The notes beneath the pieces are model-generated. The model searched no databases. It was not told where the DNA came from and worked only from the letters and a program-made list of their open reading frames with translations. This document shows, piece by piece, positions 12,191 through 22,667 of a stretch of 64,000 nucleotides of DNA. The stretch is from Centroscyllium fabricii (taxonomy: Eukaryota). The translations under genes were made by a program, and so were the position numbers. Position 1 is the first letter of the stretch; each line of letters opens with the position of its first letter. Location: the NCBI GenBank assembly GCA_051313645.2, contig JBNRSN020000017.1, positions 52,824,001 to 52,888,000 of the forward strand, given 5' to 3'.

Positions 12191-15100
12191 CTGGACTTCA
12201 TATCCCCCCTGCTCTTGTGTCTGCAAGTTTAAGGTTGAGTGGTGCTTTCTCTTCTGTGGTGCTGCCCTCTTCTTCCCCTGCTCCCTGAAGGCTGTGTGGA
12301 GCTTACAGACCTGAAATAAAAGAAAAGGACAAGGGCCAGCATTTAGTGGCCAGGGTAAGCAGAGACTGATGAGCAGCTTCTGAAAGCAGCAACAATTTGT
12401 CATTTGTGTGAAGGTGAGATTTAAATGAGAAGGGAATGAGGGGAAGATGGTCTAAAACCCTGCAGGACTTGTTCTCTAGTCTAACCAGATGCTATGCTTC
12501 TGCCACCTCTGATGTCTATAACCTGTTTTTCAAGTGGGGGTAGCACATGAATGAAGCGTGGTTGCCTGTTCCCTGTTATTTTGTGGGAGGTTGCCCTGAA
12601 AGATAGAAGGGAGTGTGTCAGTGTTCGAGTCGTGAGAAGTTTCGAGGACATGCGTATTAGGATAGAATATTGTTGCTGGTGTGTGAAAGATGGCAGAGTT
12701 GTGAAGAGGTGAAAGAAGTAGTAGTGAGGGGAGTAACAGGTATGTCGTGCTGCAGTAGGAGATGCTGCAGTGATTTCAGGAGAGTGCTGGGAATTGGGGA
12801 GGGAAGGGTTGTGAGTGCTGGGACAACACGTAATGTGAGGCTAAACAGAGAGTGATGAGAGATATGGATTAGGAAACTTACCTTAGCTAGCCTTGTGAGG
12901 TCATTAAACTTCTACCTGCATTTCAGCCATGTCCTGGGGTGATGCTTCTGTCATTGATCTGCTGTGCCACCTCTGCCCATTTGTGCCTGGTAGCTTGCCT
13001 TGACATCTTTTGGCCATCTTGTAGATAGAAGATGCCCGTCCGCCTGCCAACCTCCTCCACCAATGCTGTGTCATAAAATGGGGTGGGGGGTCCTTGCAGC
13101 TATTATGATTTCCATTGTCCATAATCTTCAGTTACATTTACCTGCAGCCAAAGTGCACCACCCCATTAAGAGGTGCAGACTGCCTTTAAATGGGGTCAGC
13201 TCATTATGCAAGCTGCCAGTGAATGGTGCGAGCAGTGCTGACAGGCCACCATTATTTAAATTTGTGTCATTAGTTGTGCGCACGTGGTTGGAAATGTGCT
13301 TAAACCAATTTCTACCCTATGGACTATCAAAATATGTAAAGGGTATTATTTGTCATAAATGAGTCCTTTTCTCATTTGTTCTTAAAGAATAATTCAGTGA
13401 AACAGAGCCATCGGTCCAAAACAAGGAGAAATGGTAAAAAAACAAAGTTAAAAGCTCTATATCTGAATGCACGCAGCATTCGTAACAAGATAGATGAGTT
13501 GATGGCACAAATAGATACAAATGGGTATGATCTGATCGCCATTACAGAGATGTAGTTGCAAGGTGACGAGGGCTGGGAATGGAATATTCCAGGGTATTTG
13601 ACAATTCGGAATGACAGACAGGAAGGAAATGGAGGTGGGGTAGCTTTGTTGGTAAAGGATGGGATCAGTGCAATGGTGAGAAATGATGCTGGCTCAGAAG
13701 ATCAAGATGTAGAATCGGTTTGGGTGGAGATAAAAAATAATAAGGGGAAAAATCTGGTGGGCGAAGTCTACAGGCCCCTGAACAGTAGCAATGCTGTTGG
13801 ACAGAGTATAAATCAACAAATAATGGAGGCCTGTAAAAAAGATACGGTAATAATCATGGGTGATTTTAATCTCCATATTGGCCATGGTCGCCTTGAGGAG
13901 GAGTTCAGAGAGTGCATCTCGGATGGTTTCCTAGAACAGTATGTAATGGAACCAACCAGGGAGCAGGCTGTTTTGGATCTGGTACTGTGTAATGAGACAG
14001 AATTAATAAATGATCTCATAGTAAAGGATCCTCCAGGAAAGAGTCATCAAAACATGGTTGAATTTCAAATTCAGTTGGCGGGTGAGAAAGTTGTATCTCA
14101 AACCAGTGTCCCGATCTTAAACACAGGCAATTACAATGGCATGAGGACAGAACTGGCTAAAGTGGACTGGAAAAATTAATTAAAGGGTAAGACAGTTGAA
14201 ATGCAGTGGCAGACATTTAAGGAGATATTTCATAACTCTCAACAAAAATATATTCCAGTGAGAAAGAAAGATTTTAAGAGAAGGGAGCACCATACGTGGC
14301 TAACTTAAGGATGTAAAGGATGGTATCAAATTGAAAACGAAGGTATACAATGTTGCCAAAATTGGTGGGAGACCAGAGGATTGGGGAAAAAACAGCAAAG
14401 AATGACTAAAAAAATAATAGAGAGAAGATGAATTATGGGAGTAAACTGGCAAGAAATATTAAAACAGATAGTAAGAGCTTCTACAGGTATATAAAAAGTA
14501 AGAGAGTAGCTAAAATAAACATTGGTCCCTTAGAGGATGAGACTGGGGAATTAATAATGGGGAACGGGGAAATGGCAGAGACTCTGAACAAATATTTTGT
14601 ATCTGTCTTCACGGTAGAAGACACCAACAACATCCCAATAATGAATAATCAAGGGGCCACAGGGACAGGGAAACTAAAGACAATCACTATCACTAAGGAA
14701 ATAGTACTTGGTAAAATAATGGGACTAAAAGATGACAAGTCCCCTGGACCAGATGGTCTGCATCCCAGGGTCTTAAAAGAAGATAGTGGATGCATTGGTT
14801 GCAATATATCAAAATTCCCTGGACTCTGGAGAGTCCCCAGCGGATTGGAAAACTGCAAATGTAACACCCCTATTTAAGAAAGGAGGGAGACAGAAAGCGG
14901 GAAACTATAGCCCAGTTAGCCTAAGATCTGTTGTTGGGAAAATGCTGGAGTCCTTCATTAAGGAAGCAGTAGCAGGGCATTTGGAAAATCATAATGCAGT
15001 CAAGCAGAGTTAGCATGGTTTTAGGAAAGGGAAATCATGCTTAACAAATTTTCTGGAGTGCTTTGAGGAGGTAACGAGCAGGGTAGATAAACGTGAGCCA

Positions 15101-15757
15101 GTGGATGTGGTGTATTTGGATTTCCAGAAGGCATTCGATAAGGTGCCACCTAAAAGGTTACTGCACAAGATAAGAGCTCACGGAATTGGGGGTAATATAT
15201 TAGCATGGATAGAGAATTTGCTAACTAACAGAAAGCAGACAGTCAGGATAAATTGGTCATTTTCCGGTTGGCAAATGATAACTAGTGGGGTGCCACAGGG
15301 ATCGGTGCTGGCCCTCAACTACATTAATGACTTGGATGAAGGGAGCAAGTGTAATGTAGCCAAATTTGCCGATGATACAAAGATGGATGGGAAAGCAAGT
15401 TTTGCAGATGGCTCAAAGAATCTGCAAAGGGAAATAGACAGGCTAAGTGAGTGGGCACACATTTGGTAGATGGAGAATAATGGCAGGAAAAATAAAAAAG
15501 CAAACTATTATTTAAATGGAGAGAGATTACAAAATGCTACAGTTCAGGGGGACCTGGGGGTCCTTATGCATGAAACACAAAAAGTTAGCATGCAGGTACA
15601 GCAAGTAATCAAAAATGCAAATGGAATGTTGGCCTTTATTTCAAGGGGGTTGGAGTATAAAAGCAGGGAAGTCCTGCTGCAACTGTACAGGGTATTGGTG
15701 AGACCACACCTTGAGTACTGCGTACAGTTTTGGTCTCCTTATCTAAGGAAGGATATC

Positions 15758-16450
15758 CAGGTTGAGCACCGCTAATCCGGCACGGGCGGGACCAGGCCCG
15801 TGCCGGGAAAGTGAAAATCCCGAACGATTGAAGCTTCGGTGAGCGCATGCGCAGACCATTCAAAATGGCTGCCACGAAAGGCCGGTGGCCATTTTGAGTG
15901 GTCTGCACATGCGCTTTTCGTTCGGTAAGGCCCGGCTCGGGCAGGCTCAGTAAGGCCCGGTTTGGGGAGCCCCGGCTCGGGAAGGCTCGGTAAGGTGGGG
16001 CTCGGCCCGGCTCGGTAAGGCTCGGCGAGGCCAGGCTCGGGAAGCCCCGGCTCGGTAAGGCGAGGCCCGGCTCGGGAAGCCCCGGCCCGACTTGGCAAGG
16101 CTCAGTAAGGCGAGGCCCGACTTGGGAAGCCCCGGCCCAGCTCGGGAAGGCTCGGTAAGGCGAGGCCTGGCTCGGGAAGCCCTGGCCCGGCTCGGGAAGC
16201 CCTGGCTGAGTAAGGCGAGGCCCGGCCCGGGATCGTTCGGCAATGCATGTGCTGATCATTAAAAACTTTGCGGCGGCCATTGTGAATGATCTGCGCATGC
16301 GCTCGCCGTTCAGCGGCGCATGCGCAGATCATTCACTGAAGCATCAATCGCGGCGGTTATTTTGCGCATGCGCAGGGCAGTCGGGGCAATTTGTTCCGGA
16401 AGACTGAAGCTGCCGGCTTATCGGGTAACGGATTAACGGTGCACAACCTG
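15758..16450. mobile_element. Tigger/pogo-like MITE inserted in CR1
   Basis: TIRs CAGGTTGAGCACCGCTAATCCG / CGGATTAACGGTGCACAACCTG; splits the CR1 sequence ggata(ta)cttgc at a TA site. Confidence 0.9.
15925..16230. repeat. GC-rich compound minisatellite built from 5-bp modules inside the MITE
   Basis: Reiterated ggctcggtaaggcgaggcccggctcgggaagcccc. Confidence 0.85.
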
Positions 16451-17002
16451 TACTTGCAGTGGAGGCAGGTCAGAGACGATTCACATGGTTGATTTCTGAG
16501 ATGAGGGGGTTGACTTATGAGGAAAGGTTGAGAAGGTTGGGCCTCTACTCATTGGAATTTAGAAGAATGAGAGGTGATCTTATTGAAACATGTAAGATAC
16601 TGAGGGGGCTCGACAAGGTAGATGCAGCGATGGGAAATCTACAACTCGTGGGCATAGTTTCAGAATAAAGGGTCGCCCTTTTAGAACTGAGATGAGGAGG
16701 AATTTCTTCTCTCAGAGGGTGATAAATCTGTGAAATTCTCTGCCCCAGAGAGCCGTGGAGGCTGGGTTAGTAAATACATTTAAGGTGGAGATAGACAGAT
16801 TTTTACAAGATAAGGGAGTGAAGGGTTATGGGGAGTGGGCTGGGAAGTGGCTTTGAGGCCAAGGTCAGCCATGATCTTATTGAATGGCGGAGTAGGCTCG
16901 AGGGGCCAAGTGGCCTGTTCCTGCTCCTATTTCTCATGTTCTTAGTAGACTGGACATGAATGTGAAAACCATAGACACATTTTAATGCATATTTACAAAC
17001 TA

Positions 17003-17534
17003 CAGGTTGACCACCAGAAATCCGGCACGGGCGGGACCAGGCCCGTGCCGGGAAAGTGAAAAAAACGGCAGAATGAAGTCGGTCAGTGTGCATGCGCGCA
17101 CCATGCAAAATGGCCGCGCGCATGCGCACAACATTGGAAATGGCCGGCGAACGTCTTTGCGGAGTCTCAGCTGACGGCCAGCAGGCTGCTCCGGGAAACG
17201 CACGCTTCACCTTGGCGGGCGCTCGGGACTCGCACATTCAAAACGCGGCGCGAGCCGCCGCGCCCTGATGCCACGGAAGGCCCGGCGGCCGTTTTGAATG
17301 ATCTGCGCATGCGCTAGCCGTCCGGCGACGCATGCGCAGATCATTCAAAACACCCGGCAGCCGTTTTGAATGATCTGCGCATGCGCTCGCCGTTCGGCAG
17401 CGCATGTGCAGATCATTCGCCAAAGCCGCGATCGCGGCTGCCATTTTGCGCATGCGCAGTGCAGTCGAGGCAATTTGTTCTGGCAGACTGAAGCTGCCGG
17501 CGTTTCAGGTCACAGATTTTCGGTGCACAACCTG
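17003..17534. mobile_element. Tigger/pogo-like MITE
   Basis: TA|CAGGTTGACCACCAGAAATC...GATTTTCGGTGCACAACCTG|TA. Confidence 0.9.
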
Positions 17535-17826
17535 TATATCATGATTACGCTTATGTTCATTTGTAGTATTTGTAGTATTCAGATTCATTCTCATTTTTTT
17601 CTCTCTTGCCTTTTGTACTGCATTATACATTTGTACTGTTGTGATTCAAAATTTTGAGCAGCTGAATTTTTTTCCTGGGCCTTCCTAATAATGGTCAACA
17701 CTGGCACTTATACCAATCTGGCACTTCCTATTCCACAATTGCCAATTAGGGTAATTCTCAATTTCTCAGGTAATCTAGCATTACTATAATCCTGCTGATA
17801 GATGGATACAAATTACTAACATAACT

Positions 17827-18247
17827 AATGGGCAGCACGGTGGCAAATGGGCAGCACGGTGGCATAGTGGTTAGCACTGTTGCCTTACAGCACTAGAGAC
17901 CCGGGTTCAAATCCAGCCTCGGGTGACTATCTGTGTGGAGTTTGCACATTCTCCCCGTGTCTGCGTGGGTTTCCTCCGGGTGCTCCGGTTTCCTCCCACA
18001 GTCCAAAGATGTGCGGGTTAGGTTGATTGGCCATGATAAATTGATCCTTAGTGTTAGGGGAGTTGAATATGTGGGGTTACGGGGATAGGGTGGGATATGT
18101 GTCGGTGCAGACTCGAGAGAGGGATATGGGGACGGGGCAGGGACAGGGTACTGGGTTTGGATGATCAGCCATGATCTCATTGAATGGCGGAGCAGGCTCG
18201 AAGGGCCGAATGGCCTACTCCTGCTCCTATCTTCTATGTTTCTATGT
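17827..18247 (+). mobile_element. Full-length HE1-type V-SINE with a 19-bp tandem duplication at its 5' end
   Basis: A-box TGGCATAGTGG, B-box GGTTCAAATCC, V-domain, CR1-type tail; AATGGGCAGCACGGTGGCA twice at 17827-17864. Confidence 0.92.
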
Positions 18248-19089
18248 TTGCAAGTCTTAAACCTCATCAATTTAACATTTAGAGTTGGATTATCCAGTCA
18301 CCGAGTTGAGGTTCTGGAGCTCTGCATCCAGCTGTGTAAGTAAGTAGTACATTGGCTGGGAAAATTTACCACTTGTAATTCTTCCACAAAGGATGTACAT
18401 TTATCACTGACTTAATGGCAGTGGTTCCTAAATAGAGTCTGTAAGGTTAAGACATAACATATTCCTTATATTAAGACACTTTGTGGTTACAATTTAGAGA
18501 ATGGATATGCATTTGATTTGCTGAAATATGTTTTTTCTTTGTGCAGTTTTATTGTTTCATTTTCATTTAATCTTTTACATATACATATGGTTATATTCCT
18601 ATTTAAGAAAAACATCAGTTGCAAACAAAGTTGATTTACATCAAGTGGCAAAATTGGTGGATAATTACCTTTTAATGTGCGACTCTATTAGTCATGCCAA
18701 TATTTTTTTCCAAGAATACAGCTGCAGTTGAGTCGATAGGGGAACAGTGTCAACGAGGACAAAGTGACTATTAAAAGAGTGTTGTAGAAAACAATTGTGA
18801 ATTATCTCATTTAGTAGGACTGGGAGCAAATACTGCAGGCAGGGAACTGCGCAAACTCGGGGAAACCAATGAGGTGTAGTCAGGGATTGGTTTGTGATTT
18901 AAGGAAGTGATTTTAAAGCAGAGATGAATTAGTAGCAATTCATGTATGCAACTTGATTGATTGGTAACATAGGTGGTGGGGGTGTTTGGGCGAGCTGGTG
19001 CCTCATAAATGATAAGCTTACCAGAAACTGGCTTCACTGTGCAGAGAAATGGCCAAGTGGAGGAAGTGTAAAGACTGTTGAACCTACTA

Positions 19090-19734
19090 CAGGTTGAGCA
19101 CCGTTAATCCGGCACCCTTGAGACCAGGCTGGTGCCGGACCACTGAAAATTCCGAACCACTAAAGGTTCGGGGGGAGCGCGCGGTAGAACACTCCCTGGG
19201 GCCCGGAGCACGTGGATAGAACACTCCCCTTATAATAATAATAATTCAACTTTATTGTCATTATACAATGTACAAGTACATGAACAACGAAATGTGATCT
19301 TGCAAGCTCCCAAGAGTCCAGCAAAGCCGCTGCATCTGTGCGTGCCACCATTCCATCTTTCCATCATTCCAACAATCTTCAGCCAACCGCCCCTCCCCGG
19401 GGCTCCTTTCATGACCTTCTGCACCTGGTATTCCCTGGTGGTCACCCCTCCAAGTACTAACCAGGCCTGGCTCTGCTTAGCTTCCAAGCCTTGTCAGTGG
19501 CCCTGTCCCTAGTCCCAGGAACCGGGTTACTGGGAGCCCGGGGATAGAACACTTACAAGAACTGAAAAACCAGCAACCCAAACGCCCAACGCCTTCGGCG
19601 CTCGCCCACCCTTCGTGGGAAACGGCGGCGCTGCCGAGCGGCTGCTCCACAAACTGAAGGTCGCCGGTTTCGATTTGTGCTGAACCACTGAAGTTGCCGG
19701 ACCATCGGGTGCCAGATTACCGGTGCTCAACCTG
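19090..19734. mobile_element. Tigger/pogo-like MITE (second subfamily) with ~300-bp insert
   Basis: TA|CAGGTTGAGCACCGTTAATC...GATTACCGGTGCTCAACCTG|TA; insert ~19230-19530 is absent from the sibling copy at 21061. Confidence 0.88.
19421..19487 (-). pseudogene. 5S rRNA-derived fragment (or head of a 5S-derived SINE3)
   Basis: Minus strand GGAAGCTAAGCAGAGCCAGGCCTGGTTAGTACTTGGAGGGGTGACCACCAGGGAATACCAGGTGC matches the 3' half of vertebrate 5S rRNA. Confidence 0.85.
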
Positions 19735-21060
19735 TAGTAGTATTGTGCAGCTCGACATTGTGGATTGAAGGGTTTCGTATATAAGAGAACAGGTTTTATT
19801 AACCCCAAGAGCAGTGCTGTTACTTGCATTAACAATTAACAAACCAGTACATTCTCTGAGTATATATCTTCCTGAAAATGTGTATCCGGTTGCTAAAGAT
19901 GTGCTTTTGCAATCACTCTGACAGAACCTGGCTGCAGTCATCAAATTTGACAACAGTTCAAATGAACAGGAACAATATAGTTGATTGTTAAACCAGTTAT
20001 TAATCTCTTCCACATTGCACAAGTGAGGGAGGAGAGGCAGGTTATGTTAATTCCAACCATTATATTACTATGGATGACTGTTTTTCACAAGCAGAACTCT
20101 TTCCCTTTTCAATTTTCTCCTCCCCAAATTAGCCACCCATCAATGTCAACCGAGCCCTGTAAAGAAAGGATGGTCCAGCTGCGGACATCTTTATGAATAT
20201 AGTTGATGTCATTCTGTAGTATGACCTGCCAGAGAATACACTTGAGTGGTGTGGAAGGGAACCTACATATTATGATACACATAATATATCGCATCATTAA
20301 GCTAGCACCTCAGTCAATTTGCTGTATTAGACTTTTGCCAAATTTCATCAAATGCCAGGATCTTTTCATAAACCCCAGAGTTCAATTAAGTCCTAAAGCA
20401 TGTAACCACAGTTCACAAATGACCAGCTTTGAGGTCCTTCTTGTCATTTGACTAGAGCTTTTTACAAGTAGTTTTTGGATGTGAGGACCTCTTCAATTTG
20501 TAACCTTAGGTTTGTTTACAGACAATCTATATCATTTTTATAGATAAGAGAATATTTCAAATCCAACGTTTAAAAAAAATCAATTATATCTGCCTTACTT
20601 TATAAATGGCGCACATTCTTGCTGTAAGTAATGTGCAGTACCGTAGACTCTTTCGTATGTACACACCAAAGTCACATTGCTTACCAATGCAAAACAATCT
20701 TCAAATGTTGAATGCTTCTCAGCTGTAGCCTGAAACTGACCAGCACATTGTCATTTGCAGTTTCCTGACCAAACCGCAATTAAACTCCAAATAAACTGAT
20801 GTTCTGTTTACTTAACAATTAGACTGTGATTTAAAAAAAAACACAAGCGCACCTTACCTATAGAATAATGCATTGTGAAGTATGTAGCACTGCACAACTG
20901 TCCTTATAAACTAGAGGATTATGCAAATTACCATGAGCAACGTCTTGAGAAATCCAGTGATTTTATTAAAAAGGGGATATACTAGTCAATCTCCCGTGGC
21001 ATTGGACACACTAAGTTCAAGGTTGTGGCCTCCCTCTTATCTCTCTCTGTTATCTTTATA

Positions 21061-21363
21061 CAGGTTGAGCACCATTAATCGGCACCCTCAGGACCAGGCC
21101 GGTGCCGGACCACTGAAAATTCCAAACCACTTAAGGTTCGGGGGGAGCGCGCGGGTAGAACACTCCCACGGGGCCCGGAGCGCGCGGGCAGAACACTCCC
21201 CGGGAGGGAGCCCGGGGGATAGAACACTTACAAGCCCTAAAAAGGCAGCAACCCAAACGCCCAACGCCTTTGCCGCTCGCCCACCCTTCGCGGGAAACGG
21301 TGGCGCCGCCGAGCGGCTGCTCCGCAAACTGAAGAGCGTCGGTTTCGATTTGTGCCGGACCAG
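21061..21363. mobile_element. Tigger/pogo-like MITE lacking its right TIR
   Basis: TA|CAGGTTGAGCACCATTAATC; colinear with 19090-19734 minus the insert. Confidence 0.85.
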
Positions 21364-21721
21364 TCTCTTCTGTTTCTCTCTCCCGAGCTCTTGTTGCTTT
21401 TTTCATCTTTCTCTTTTCTTGTTTCCTTTCCAGTGGGAGGTGGTGAGTGGCATGGTGTGTTGGGGAGGGGAAATGTGCCGTCAATGGCTGCATTGGGGTG
21501 GGGGAATGCAGAGAAAATATGGCCCGCAGTAGTTCCATTCCCACCCCATCTCCTCCCCGTCCCCACCCACCCCCCCCAGTTCCATTACATCCTCTACTTC
21601 CTCTTCTTCCCACGATCCCCAGCCCTTCCCACTATCTCCTCTCATCACTAACAATTCCTCTTCTCCTTTGAGCTACCAATTCAATTCCTGCATCCACTAC
21701 TCCCCACGCTCTGGCATCGCG

Positions 21722-22092
21722 CAACAACAACTTCCATTTATATAGCACCTTTAACATAGTAAAATGGCCCAAGGCGCTTCACGGGCGTTATCAAACAAAA
21801 TGTAACACCGAACCACATCATGAGGTATTAGGACAGATGATCAAAAGCTTGGGCAAAGAGGTAGATTTTAAGGAGCATCGTAAAGGAGGAGAGAGAGGCG
21901 GAGAGGTTTAGGGTGGGAATTCCAGAGTTTGGGACCTAGGCAGCTGAAGGCACGGCCACCAGTGGTGGAGCGATTCAACTCAGGGATACGTAACAGGCCA
22001 GAATTAGAGGAGCGCAGAGGTCTTGGAGGGTTGCAGGGCTAGAGGAGGTTACAGAGATAGTGAGGGGCAAGGCCTTGGAGTGATTTGAAAAC
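21722..22092 (-). mobile_element. L2 LINE 3' fragment
   Basis: Typical L2 tail on minus strand (aacaacaacttccatttatatagcaccttt; ggaattccagagtttgggacctaggcagctgaaggcacggcc). Confidence 0.7.
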
Positions 22093-22110
22093 ATTCACCT
22101 CATTCTTAAC

Positions 22111-22236
22111 CAATGTTCCCCCTAAACAGATTGGTAGTTCCCATGCAGGCCGTTCACCAGCTGTAACGCTGAAAAAGGTACCATGCAGCAAATTTAATGG
22201 GACCGTGCACCTAAATAAAAATTAGAGGGAGCATTG
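22111..22236. mobile_element. Small hAT-type MITE
   Basis: TIRs CAATGTTCCCCCTAA / TTAGAGGGAGCATTG; 8-bp TSD TTCTTAAC / CTCTTAAC. Confidence 0.8.
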
Positions 22237-22667
22237 CTCTTAACCCTTTATCCACTTTTCAACACCCATGTGCTTCCTCCAAGGGCAGGTGGTGAGAGCA
22301 ATGGCAGGGGAAGGGGTGGGACTGGGGGGTGTTTGGGAGAGTCATGACCTCCCCCGCCCCATCCCAATCACTTTGAGGTTGGCCAGTTTTGTATGTCAAG
22401 GCTTGGCCAAAACTGATTGCAAATAATTTACTCACTTATACTTGAATTCCCGATCGCAATTGCATTACGATTTTGAGTTTGACACGTACAGCAGCATGGC
22501 ATTGGAGAACGTCATTGTGGCTATGATATATCAAGTCTACCAATTCTAGACTTCGACACCCCCACCCCAGTGAGAGACCAGAGGCCCCCTCATCTTCAGC
22601 CTGTTTCTCTCCTCCCTCCTTCCTGTCAGTTTTTCGATGAGGCTCTGTTTTCTTTCAAGGGCTTTAA

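Larger units (their letters stand above)
10232..13317 (-). mobile_element. Decayed PIF/Harbinger transposon with spliced Myb/SANT-like gene remnant; hosts a CR1 and an HE1 SINE
   Basis: TIRs AGGTAGAAATTGGT / ACCAATTTCTACCC; minus strand ~12880-13065 reads ALVEEVGRRTGIFY...WAEVAQQINDRSIT/PRTWLKCR*KFNDLTRLAK followed by a GTAAG donor. Confidence 0.7.
13410..16944 (+). mobile_element. Decayed CR1 LINE with near full-length ORF2 (APE endonuclease and RT), interrupted by a MITE
   Basis: LNARSIRNK, IIMGDFN and VLDLVLCNE endonuclease motifs; RT split into ORFs 14428, 14786, 15101, 15470 and 16459 by stops and frameshifts; CR1 tail at ~16870-16944. Confidence 0.92.

Noticed and set aside
15636-16332. 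Pro/Arg/Gly-rich repetitive ORFs on the minus strand
   Set aside because: Translation of a GC-rich minisatellite inside a MITE, open in several frames
17848-17925. tRNA gene
   Set aside because: It is the tRNA-derived head of an HE1 SINE, continuous with the V-domain and LINE tail
19421-19487. Functional 5S rRNA gene
   Set aside because: Only the 3' half is present, it is diverged, and it lies inside a MITE
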